Both the position numbers and the translations under genes were made by a program. From contig NC_081362.1 of NCBI RefSeq assembly GCF_030684315.1, positions 96,145,187-96,209,186 of the forward strand: DNA of 64,000 bases. Direction: 5' to 3'. The notes beneath the pieces were generated by a model. It did not search any database. It was not told where the DNA came from and was given only the letters and a program-made list of their open reading frames with translations. The DNA is from Stegostoma tigrinum (lineage: Eukaryota). Of the stretch, positions 48,659-60,321 are shown piece after piece; within the stretch, counting starts at the first letter, position 1, and the number at the start of each line of letters is the position of its first letter.

Positions 48659-51600
48659 TATTAAGTCAGTGAACAAAAGGTATGTTGCCACTAAACCCTA
48701 CCTGCTAAGAGTTAGCCTTTATCCCTGAGTCATGGAGTTTAATGATCTGCAGCCAGCGCCCTGAGAAATTCACAGAATTTTTGTTTGCTTTATGTGAGGG
48801 AGAAGGTTTATGAAGATTACTTTGATGACAAAGCTCAGGAAGAGTTTTGAAAGGAGCTTCCGGACCAGCATGGACTGTTGGGGCTGAATTTCCTGTTTCG
48901 ATGCTATATTTCCCCTCCAATATGCAATGTAACATCCCCACAGTGGGGACAAATAACTTTCTCATGATGACATGGTCTGAGCTCTGCTTGGCCACAATCA
49001 AACACATCTCAAGCCTCGAATTCCAGGGCTTCTCATAGTAAATGGTTGCAATTTAATTATTGAGACAACATGACTATAAAGAGACCTATTCACTCCAATG
49101 GAATAGTTACTTGCTGAATAGCTGGAGTGAAGATGTTTAGAGTTATGTTTTGAGGCTGTGGTTCACCTGTGGTACTCATTTTCACAGAGGGCTGTGGAGG
49201 ATAAGTCATAGAGTGTCTTAATCACAGAGATTGACAGGTTCTTGATTAGAAAGGGAATCAACAGTTACATGGAGAAGGCAGGAGAATGAGGTTGAGAAAC
49301 ACATCAGTCGTGATCGACTGGGAAAGCAGTCTCGATTGGCTGAATGGCTTAATTATTCTCATTTATCTGATGGGAATGTGGAAATATCGGTGTAATTAGG
49401 GACCCCCGCAGGTGACTATTAGCAGAAACCTCATTGTTGAATGAATAAGAATAACAGTCTCTGCTGCTGACACATGGGAACACAACATACACCACCCTCA
49501 CTCACCAATCATTGTACCCAGTGAAGATGCCGCATCAACAATGAATCGTCCCCTCTCCTTTCGGCTGACATTTGTTTTCCATCCCTCATTAGCCTTGAAC
49601 TGAAGGTCTCACTTGACCATTTCAGGCGATAGTTGAGAAGCACCCACATTCTTGTGGGTGTGGAGTTATCTTTAGGCCAGATCATCTCAGGACAGCTGAA
49701 TCTCTTCATTAGTAAACCTGATGGGATAGCAAGAACTGCAGATGCTGGAGTCAGAGACAACACAGTGTAGAGCTGGAGGAACACAGCAGGTCAGGCAGCA
49801 TCAGAAGAGCAGGTAAGTTGAGGTTTCGCGTCAGGACCTTTTTCAAAAATGAGGAGGGTGAAGAGAGCTGGGAAATAAATAGAGAGGATGCGTAGAGTTG
49901 GGAAAGACCGGTGGAATGGTCATTGGTGAATGCAGGTCAGGAGTGGTGGGGATTGGCCAGTGGGATGGGTGGGGTGGTAGGTGGGAGAAAAGATGGACAG
50001 TTTGTGTCAGGTCAAAGATGTGGGGATGAGAGGGAGGATTGAACATTGGTTAAGTATGTTGTCGAAGTGTTTCATGGCACATGAGATTACCAGAGGGTTG
50101 CAGTGGAAGAGAGATCAATTGAGGTGTTTCCTGAGGGGGCAAAACAACTTTTTCAAGATGGCCATCCTTAGATGAGGCTTCATTGTGGAGTTATAACTTA
50201 CTCAGGGATAGTAAGAACTGCAGATGTTGGAAACAGAGAACACACAGTGTGGAGCTAGAGGAACACGGCAGGCCAGGCAGGATCAGAGGAGTAGATAAGT
50301 TGTCTCTGACTCTAGCCCTCCAGTTCCACACTGTGTTTGGTCTTGTGGACCATGAATAAGAGGTATCACAGCTTCAGAGAAATTGATTGGGATAGAGCAC
50401 AGCAGATCAAGACCAAGGAAAGCTAATTTCTCTCAGAGAGAATGCAGCATTCCATCACCAAAACGGACAAGTTTGAAAACAAAATCTTCTTTCAATGTGG
50501 AGTCAGCTGCTACAGAATGTCTCTCAGTCCAAACCCCATTCCCTTGACTGTCTACTGGCCTCTCAGACTGACACTGCCCTGTGAGAACTATTTGACATGG
50601 AAACATCAAAAATAGGAGGAGGACTAGGCCATTCAGCCCTTCGAGTCTGCTCAGCCATTCAATATAATCATGGCTGATCATCTAACCCAGTCCCTCCTCC
50701 TTCATTCTCCCCATTCCCTTGATCCTTTTAGCCTGAAGGACTGTATCTAACTCTTTCTTGAAAACTTACAATACTTTAGCTTCAACTGCTTTCAGTGGCA
50801 GAGAATTCCACAGAGTCCTCATTTTCTGAGTGAAGACAGTTCTCACCCCCTAAATGGCAGACTGCTTATCCTTCATCTTTGACCTGTGGTTCTGGACTTT
50901 GTCATCAGGAACATCCTTCATGTATTTATCCTGTCTATTCCCGTAGGTTTTATAGATTTCTATGAGATCCCCCGTCCTTCTTCCAAACTCCAGTGAATAT
51001 AATCTTAACTAATGCAATTGCTTCCTGCACGTCAGTTCTGCCATCCCAAGAATTAGTTCGGTAATCTTTTGCTGCACTCCCTCATTACCAGAACATCCTT
51101 CCAGTGTTAAGGAGACCAAAACTCGTCTCAATATTGCAGATGTAGTCTTAATAAGATACTGTAAAATTTCTGAAATATATCCCTGCTGCGGTACTCGAGC
51201 TGTCTCACGATGACGACCAACATCCCACTTATTTTCCACGCTGACTGCTGCCTACGTGCTTTCTTTCAGTGTTTGGTGTGCAAGGATCCCCAGGTCTTGT
51301 TGCACCTTCCCCTTTCCCAATCGATCAGCATTCAGATAATAATCTGTCTCCTTGGTTTGGTTAACCTCAACTTGATCCACATGAAACTGTATTTATCACG
51401 TACTTGTCCATTTTCTTAACTTGTCCAAATCACACTGAAGGCATCTGCCCACTTTATTGATCTTTCTGTATCTCTCTGTAAACTACTTCTGTCCTTCTCA
51501 CAACCTGCCTTTCCATCCCTTTTAATGTTGTCTGCAAAATTTGGCTGCAGTAGGTTCACATCCTTCCTCTCAGCCATCAGTCCCCAACCTGAAAAAGAAC

Positions 51601-51822
51601 CCCTTACTCCCTCTCGCTATTTTTGGTCCATTTGCCAGTTCACTAGCCACATCAATGTACTAGCTTCGACACGGTGGTCTCTTATGACTTAACTTTTTAC
51701 TGGGTACCTTGTTGATCACGCTCTGGAAGTCCAACACCTGATATTTGATTAGAGCGAGGTTAAAATATTGAGTATTACGCTCCTCAACATGACCTTGCTG
51801 ATTTCTTCCCTTTTTTTCGAAG

Positions 51823-52206
51823 GTTCCCCAAAAGGCTAAGAAGTTGAAAAAAACCCAACCAGACACCTGTAATTCACCAAATGATGGAAACACATTCATT
51901 TCAAGCCAAAACCCGACATACCACCGCATAGAGGCAAAGTCTTACAGCAACAGCCAAATGCAGGGGACTGAAACGGTTCCAGGAGAATGCAGGAATCACA
52001 GAGAACTGAAGAAACAGCAACGGAAAATTGCAAAACACAATCCCCAGGGTCAGTTGGCACCAAAGTCTCGCCGGCAATCGACACTGAGACGGTTCTTGGC
52101 CTTTGAGAATCAAACACCAGGAATGAGCAACCAGAGCACACTGACACCAACTGATGAAGGAATCTATGCAAATCGCAGTCAGATTAGCCACACTCTCCAC
52201 AAAAAG
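51823..52206 (+). CDS. Gene B large cytoplasmic exon, copy 2 (PTYHRI, SYSN, IYAN)
   Basis: Same splice sites and length as 46573-46956, offset by 5250 bp; 8 nt differences. Confidence 0.68.
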
Positions 52207-53341
52207 GTGATGGATTTGTGTTGATACAGCTTTCTCCATGGCACTGTATTGCCGCTTCGTATGGAATCATGTGATGGCACAATAGAATCAGGCAGAGTCA
52301 GGCCTGCTTCATCAAGAGGAGATCATGCTTGACGAAGGTGGAAGGCCAGGTAGTGTTGAGGAAGTGGGGAGGGATCAGAAGGACCTGGACAGTGAGGGGA
52401 GTAGACAAAGGTGTGTAAGATTGAAAATAATGTGAGAGTGAGTGAAGTTATGCACTTTGATAATCAGACTAAAGGAGTGAACTATTTTCAAAAGGGAAAG
52501 GTTTCAGAAATCTGAAGCACAAAGTGATATGTGAGGGCTATATTAGGATTCTCTTCAGTTTAACATAATTTTCATTGTGTTTTAAGACAAATATAATGTT
52601 AACTTCCATTTCAAGAGGGCTTGAATACAAGAGCCCTGATGTTAAATTGAGGTTCAATAAAGCTCTAGTGAGACCTCGTTTTGAACGTTGTGAGCAGTTT
52701 TGGTCCCTGTATTCAGGGAAGGATGTTCTGGCCTTGGACGGAGTCCAGGGAAGGCTTAAAAAATAGTCTGGGAGATATGGAGCTTGTCTATGAGGAGGAA
52801 CTGAAGCCTCTGGGTCTGTTGTTGATGGAGGCTCGAAGGGTGAGGGAGGAATTTGACTGAAACTTGCAGGACACTGACAGGTCTTGATAGTGTTGAGAAA
52901 GGGAAGATGTTTCCTTGAAGAGACTAGACTCAGAACTGTGGTCACGACCCTTTATAACTGAGATGTGGAGGAACATCTTCAGCCAGAGGTTGGTAACTAT
53001 ATGTGGCGCTTTGTTACAAAGGGCGAAAAAGGCAAAGTCACTGAGTGGGTTGTAGAGAGAGAGATTGATAAGTCTTGAGGCAAAGTTTAGAGAGAGAGAA
53101 ATGGGGTTGAAAAACATATCAGCCATGATTGAATGGGAGAACTGACCAGATAGGCAGAATGTCCTAATTCTGCTCCGATATCTAATGCTCCTGCTTCCTT
53201 ATGGTCTTATTCACACCTTCATCCTTGCTACACAACAGTCATTATCAGTCCAGTCATTTCTGGCTCCCTTCATGTAGAGCAGGACTCTGAATCCTAAAGG
53301 CATCCATTATCTGGTTTTAACTGTTTGTTTTTAAATTACAG

Positions 53342-53383
53342 GAATCCAGTGACCTACAAACAGACTCCAACTCAACATATGTG
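53342..53383 (+). CDS. Gene B small cytoplasmic exon, copy 2 (ESSDLQTDSNSTYV)
   Basis: Acceptor aaattacag|G, donor GTG|GTAATT; 42 nt, phase 0-0. Confidence 0.62.
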
Positions 53384-53543
53384 GTAATTATTTCATTGAT
53401 CATGATATTTCAAACTAAATCACTGTTTAGTGCCAAGACAGTAATTACACTCAACATAATGCTAAAACCAAGACAATGCCTTTTTAAGTCTAACTCCCCA
53501 ATCAAAGTGAAATCTTAATCTATGCATTGACCTATTGTTTCAG

Positions 53544-53564
53544 AATTTGGATCCACGACATTAA
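53544..53564 (+). CDS. Gene B candidate stop-containing exon, copy 2 (NLDPRH*), completing STYV|NL
   Basis: Acceptor ttgtttcag|A; reads AAT TTG GAT CCA CGA CAT TAA. A donor AAG|GTACTT follows at 53579/53580. Confidence 0.55.
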   Translation, partial: NLDPRH

Positions 53565-54604
53565 GTCAGTGAACAAAAGGTACTTTGCTGTGGAACACTA
53601 TCTACTAAGAGTGAACCTTGATCACTGAGTCATGGAGTTTAATGATCTGCAGCCGGCGCTCTGAGAAATTCACAGAACTTCTGTTTGCTTCATGTGAGGG
53701 AGAAGGCTTATGAAGATTATGTTGATGAACCAACTTGGGAGTAGTTTTGAAAGGAACTTCCAGACCAGCATGGACTGGTGGGGCTGAATGGCCTGTTTCT
53801 GTGCCATATTTTCCTGCAATATGCAATGTAACATTCCCATGTGACTTTCTCCTGATTACATTGCCTGAGCTCTGCATATTCACAATCAATCACACCTGAA
53901 GCTTCGAATTCCAGGGCTTCTCATAGTAAATGGTTCCAATTTACCAAACTAGGCATTTAGTTATTGAGACAATATGACTCTAAAGAGACATACTCATTTC
54001 AATAGAACAGTTACTTGCTGAACAACTGGAGTGAATTTGTTTAGAATTCTGTTTGGAAACTGTGTTTCATCCCTGGGACTCATTTCCACTGAGGGCTGTA
54101 AAGGCCAACTCATAGATTGTCTTAAAGACAGAGATTGACAGGTTCTTGATTAGAAAGGGAATCAACAGTTACATGGAGAAGGCAGGAGAATGGTGTTGAG
54201 AAACATATCAGCTATGATCAAATTGTGGAACAGTCTCCATTGGCCGAATGGCCTAATTCTGTTCGTTTATCTTATGGGAATGTGGAACCCCCTCAAGTGA
54301 CTATCAGCAGAAGCCTCATTGTTGAACAGATAAAAATATACACAACATACTCCCCCTCCTCACCTCAGCCAATCATTGTATCATTGTACCTAGTGATGCA
54401 GCATCAAAGGTGAATCTTCCCCTCTCCTCTCAGGCTGACATTTGTTGTCCATCCCTCATTCGCCTTGAACTGAGTATCTCACATGACCATTTCAGAAGGT
54501 GGTTGAGAGGCAAACACATTGTTGTGGGTCTGGAGTCACATTTACATCAGATTATCTCAGGACAGCTGGGTCTCTTCCCTGAAGCGCGCTCGTAAACCAG
54601 ATGG

Positions 54605-55675
54605 GATAGCAGGAACTGCAGATGCTGGAGCCAGAGACAACACAGTGTAGAGCAGAAGGGACACAGCAGGTCAGGGAGCAGCAGACAAGCTGGTAAGTTA
54701 ATGCTTGGTGTCAAGACCCTTTTTCAAAAATGGGAAGGGTGGAAGTACCTTGAAATAAATAGAGAGGAGGGATGGGGCTGGGGAAGTGAAGTGTGATAGT
54801 GATAGGTGAGTGCAGGTTGGGAGTGGTGGGTTGGTCAGTGGGATGGGTGGGATGGATAGGAGGGAGACAAGTTGAACGACTTGTGTCAGGTCAAAGATGT
54901 GCGGATGAGAGGGAGGGTTGAACGTGGGTTAAGTATGTGGTTCAAGATTTTCAGGGAGAGGAGATTACCAGAGGGTTGCAGTGGGAGGCAAATTCACTGA
55001 GTTCTTTCTTCAGGCAGGTGGAGAACTTCTTCAGGGTGAATATCTTTGGAAGAGGCTTCACTGTGGGGTTGTAACTCACTCAGAGATAGTAAGAACTGCA
55101 GATGCTGGAGACAGAGACAACATAGTGTAGAGCTGGAGCAGCACAGATGCCAGGCAAGATCAGAGGATCAGGGCTGTTTTCTCTAACTCCAGCCGTCCAG
55201 GTTAACACTGTTGTCTCTGACTCCAGCATCTGCAGTTCTTACTATCTCTGAGTAAGGTATAACACCACTGCGAAGCCTCTTCCAAAATTGACGACCCTGA
55301 AGAAATTGTCCTCCTTCTGGCAAGATTTCTAGATCTCTCTTCCACTTCAAGCCTCTGGTAATCTCTTTGACCATATATTTAACCCATGACCAACCCTCCC
55401 TCTCATCCCTGCCTCCATGACCTGACACAACCTGTCCATCTTCTCTCCCACCTATCTGCCCCATCCAGCCCACTGACCAACCCACACCACTCCCTAACTG
55501 CTCTCACCTAGCACTATCCCACCTACCTACCCCAGCCCATTCCACCCCTCTCTATTTATTTCCCTGCTCCCTTCCCCCTCCCCATTTCTGAACAAGGTTC
55601 CTGACCTGAAGTGTCCACTTTCCTGCTCTTCTGATGCTGTCTGGTCTGCTGTGCTCCTCCGGTTCCACACTGTTA
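54605..55675. mobile_element. Cluster of older Penelope-like 3' ends in both orientations
   Basis: Repeated gaactgcagatgctggag terminal motif and its reverse complement; paralogous cluster at 49725-50335. Confidence 0.65.
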
Positions 55676-56389
55676 GCAAACCTCATGGTTTTTTGTGACA
55701 ATTTGTGTTTTCATGAACGAAATGTAAAGTTACTACAGGCTGTTCTCTCAGCAGAGAGCGAGAGGACTGATGGTGGTTTAACCTGAGGTCACCATGCCTC
55801 AGGTGAGGGGAGAGGTTGGAAAGGCAAGCCCTTCAGGGTATCCTCAGCTGGTAAAGGAACTGAAACCACGCTACTCTTGTCACCCTGCATCACAAACCAG
55901 CCATCCAGATAACATGCCTGCTAGAATTTTACAATCCCCATTACTGAAACTGGCACTTTTTATTTTGAAAATGTTTTTATGAATTGTGGTTAAATTCCCT
56001 CAGCTCCCATGTTGAGACATGATCACAACCCCTTAAGTTTTAAGATAGCAATGAATAAGGGTAAGTCAGGAAATTGTAGCAAGTTACTGAATGACTGTGG
56101 GGAAATTAAGTGTCAGGCAGGAGCTAGGGAGTGTTAACTTTTATCAGATGCTTTTATCAGGCAAGTCCACATTTGACATGTAGGAATTTTTAACATTTTC
56201 GTTGATGAGGGTTCAGGAACGTCATATTCCATTAATTAGGAAAGACAAGGAGGGCAAGGTAAGGGATCCTTAGATATCAGGGAGGTTATGAAGTTAGTCA
56301 AAAAGAAGGAGGGAAAAAACACATGTAAGATTTAGGAAGCTAAAATCTGACAGGACCCGGGGGAATATAAAGAAAGCAGGAAAAAGCTC

Positions 56390-56574
56390 AAGATAATAAA
56401 ATGTGAGGCTGGATGAACACAGCAGGCCAAGCAGCATCTCAGGAGCACAAAAGCTGACGTTTCGGGCCTAGACCGAGCTTTTGTGCTCCTGAGATGCTGC
56501 TTGGCCTGCTGCGTTCATCCAGCCTCACATTTTATTATCTTGGAATCTCCAGCATCTGCAGTTCCCATTATCTC
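56390..56574. mobile_element. Palindromic mini-element made of two Penelope 3' ends
   Basis: Inverted arms gataataaaatgtgaggctgg... and ...ccagcctcacattttattatc; flanking direct repeat CAGGAAAAAGCTCAAG. Confidence 0.85.
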
Positions 56575-56796
56575 AGGAAAAAGCTCAAGTAGGGAATTAG
56601 GAGAACAAGAAGGGGCGATGGAATTATTTTGGCAAGTCGAGTTGAACAGAATCCCGAGAGTTCTATACATAGGTTAAAAACAAGAGAAAGTAGGACCGCT
56701 GAAGGATAAAGGAGGGAGCTTGTGCTTGGACACAGAGGAAGTGGGCAAGACCCGGAATAAATACTTTGTGTCAGTATTCACCCAAGAGAACAAAAT

Positions 56797-57080
56797 CATG
56801 GAATCCCTCACAGTGCGGAAACAGCTGATTTGGCCCAATAAGTCCACACCAACCCCCTGAAGAGCATACCTCCCAGACCCATTCAAATCCCCCTATCCTA
56901 ACATCCTGCATTTCCTGTGGCTAATGCACCTAACCTACACATCCCTGAACATGATGGTCAATTTAGCATGGTCAACCCATCTAACTTGCACATCTTTGGA
57001 CTGTGGGAGGAGACTTGAGCACCTGGCAGAAACCCACTCAAACATGGGGAGAAATGCAAATTCCACACAGACAGTCGCCT
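56797..57080 (-). mobile_element. V-SINE (HE1-like), 5'-truncated
   Basis: Reverse complement of the V core and tail. Confidence 0.82.
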
Positions 57081-60000
57081 GAGTTTTGAATCGAGCAAAA
57101 GAGTCCAGCAGAATTCCCCCACAGTCAGAAGAAAGCAATAGTGCAAATAAACCTCACAATACTGAGAAACCTGCAAGGGTTACTCAAAGCAGAGAAAAGT
57201 CTAAGGCCTCAGTTGTGTGAGCAGTCAAGAAAGAAATATCTCATGGTACAAAGAACCAAAGCAAAAGATTGAAAATTACAGGCCAATTAGCCTAACCTCA
57301 GTTGTGGGAAAGATTTTGGAGTCCATTGTAAAAGGTGAGATTTCTGAATATTTGGAAGTGCATTTGGAAGTGACAAGTGGAGTTCTAAAAGGGCCAGTGC
57401 TGGGAAGACAACATTTCACATTAATGATCTAGATGAAGGAACCATGGGCATTCTGGCTTAGTTTGCAGATGATCCAAAGATTGGTGGAGGAATACGTAGT
57501 CTTGAGGAGGTTGGGAGGCAGCGGAAGGACTTGGACAGGCTAGCAGAGTGAGCAAAAAAGTGGCAGATGGAGTACAACATGCAAAAATGTGAGGTCATGT
57601 ACTTTGCTTAGAGGAATTAAAGCATGGACTATTTTCTAAATAGATAGGAGAGACCTTTAATGAATACTGTTCTTCGGTATTCACAACTGAGACGGTCCTA
57701 GTTGTAGAGGAGGACATTGTGAAACAGGTTGATAGTCTAGAGGAGATGGATATTAGTAAGGAAGGTGCACTAGGAATTTTGAGGAACTTGAAGATAGGTA
57801 AATCCCCCGGGGCTGATGGGATTTATTCAAGATTCTATGGGAAGCGAGGGATAAGTTGAGAGAGCTCAGGCTTTTCTCTTCAGAAAGACGAAGGATGAGA
57901 GGTGACTTGATAGAGGTGTACAAAATGATCAGGGGTATAGATAGAGTGGATAGCCAGAGATTTTTTTCCTAGGGTGGAGGTAGCTATTACGAGGGGCATA
58001 GTTTTAAAGTGAGTGGAGGTAGATATATGGGAGATATCAGAGGTAGGTTCTTAATTCTGAGAGTGGTCGGGGCTTGGAATACATTGCCAGAGAAGATAGT
58101 GGAGTCAGCCTCATTAGGGGCATTTAAGCTGCAGTTAGATGGATATATGGATGATAGTATAAGGTAGGGGTGGAGGTTAGCTAGACCTTAGATTCAGGTT
58201 AAAAGTTCAGCACAACATCATGGGCTGAAGGCCCTGTACCTTTCTAATCTTCTAATTGACTGGGAGAGGAGCCTAGCAGGAAAGACAGTTGAACAGTAAT
58301 GGCAGGAGTTTCTGGAAATAATTCAGGAGATGCAGCAAAAATTCATCCTTCGGAAAAAGAAGAATAGTACAGGGATAATGAGGCAACCTTGGCTGACTAG
58401 GGAAGCCAGGGATAGCATTGAAGCAAAAGAGAAAGCATATAATGTGGTGAAGGACAATGGGAAATCAGAGGATTGGGAAGCTTACAAAGACCAACACAGG
58501 GCAAAATAAAAGAAATAAGGAGGGAGAAGATTAAATATGAGGGGGAGCTAGCCAATGATATAAAGACTGTAAGAGTTTCTTTAGATATATAAAGGGCAAA
58601 AGAGAGGCATTGTTGACATTGGATGACTAGAAAGTGCAGCTAGACATAGTAGACGGGAACAAGGAAATGGCTGAGGAATTGAACAATTACTTTGCGTCAG
58701 TCTTCACAGTGAAAGACATGAGTAATATCCAAAAAAAAATTGAGGAACAATGAAGCTGAGTATGTGGCCATCAAAAAGGAGAAGATGTTAGACAAACTGA
58801 ATGGCTTGAAGGTGGATAAGCCAATAAGACCAAAAGGACTGCACCCCAGAGTTCGCAAGGAGGTAACTGAAGAGATAGTGGAGGCGTTAGTGGTGATCTT
58901 TCAGGAATCACTAGACTCAGAGAGGGTCCCAGAGGACTGGAAAATTGTTAACGTGACACCCTTGTTTAAAAAGGGAGGAAGGCAAAAGACTGAAAATTAC
59001 AGGCCGATTAGCCCAACCTCGGTCATGGGTAAGATTTTGGAGTCCATTATGAACAATGAGATTTCTGAATATTTGAAAGTGTGTGATAAAATAGGGCAAA
59101 GTCAGTTCGGCTTAATCAATGGGAGGTCATGCCTGACAAAACTGTTAAAACTTTGAGGAAATAATGAGCAGTTTAGGCTGAAGAGAGCCTGTGGATGTCA
59201 GCGAACTGAATTTCAAGAAGGCCTTTGACAAGGTGCCACACAGGAAGCTGCTGAGTAAGATAAGGGCCATGGTGTTAGAGGCAAGGTACTAACATCGATA
59301 GAAGATTGACTCTGGCAGAAAGAAGGGAATGGGGATAAAAGGGTCTTTCTCAGGATGACAGCCGTGATGAGTAATGTTTCACAAGGGTCAGTGTTGGGAC
59401 CACAACTTTTCACTTTATACATTAATGATCTCAATGAAGGAACCCACGGCAATCTAGCTAAGTTTGTAGACAAAACAGAGATAGGTGGAGGGAAAGGTAG
59501 TATTGAGGATGTGGGAAGGCTACAGAGGATTTAGACAGCTTAGGAGCGAGGGCAAAGAAATGGCAGATGGAGTACAACATGAAAAAATGTGAGGTCATGC
59601 GCTTTGGTAAAAAATAATAAAAGCATGGGCTCTTTTATAAATGGGGAGAAAGTTCAGAATTCTGAAGTGCAGAGAGACTTGGGAGTTCTAGTCCAGGATT
59701 TTCTTAAAGCAAACTTGCAGATTCAGTCAATAGTTCGGAAGGCAAATGAAACTTTGGCATTTATTTTGAGAGAACTTGAATATAAAAGCAGGGATGTACT
59801 TCTGAGGCTCTATAACACACTGTTCAGGCATATTTGGAGTATTGTGTGCAGTTTTGGGCCCATATCTCAGCAAGTCTGGAATGAGTTCAGAGGAGGTTCA
59901 TGAGACTACACTCATTGGAGTTTAGAAGGATGAGGGGGAATCTAATTGAAACTTACAGAATACCAAATGGCCTGGACTGAGTGATTGATGGGAACATATT

Positions 60001-60321
60001 TACACGGGTAGGTGAGACTAGGACCGAAGACATAGCCTTCGAGAAAAGGGAACATCTTTTAGAACAGAGATAAAGAAAACTTCTTCAGCCAGAGAGTGGT
60101 GAATCTATGGAATTCACTGCCACAGAAGGCTGTGGAGACCAGGTCATTGAGTACGTTTAAGACAGAGACAGATAGGTTCTTGATTATCAAGGGGATCAAG
60201 AGTTACAGGGAGAAAGTGGGAGAATGAAGTTGAGAAACTTATCAACCATTATTGAATGGTAGAGCAAACTCAATGGGCTAATTTCTGCTTCTATGTCTTA
60301 TGGCCTCATTGACAAGGTGTT

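Larger units (their letters stand above)
45065..50337 (+). repeat. Tandem segmental duplication, unit 1 (~5.27 kb; contains gene B tail exons)
   Basis: Starts tggtcttgtgcaccatgagtaa; same order of CR1(-), large exon, CR1(+), two small exons and Penelope fragments as unit 2. Confidence 0.9.
50338..55212 (+). repeat. Tandem segmental duplication, unit 2 (~4.9 kb)
   Basis: Starts tggtcttgtggaccatgaataa; collinear with unit 1, with a ~0.35 kb deletion in the + strand CR1 near 52335. Confidence 0.9.
56040..60305 (+). mobile_element. Nested, degenerate CR1 LINE fragments with SINE and mini-element insertions
   Basis: ENYRPISLTSVVGKILES, VPEDWKIVNVTPLFKKGGR; several CR1 3'UTRs. Confidence 0.9.
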
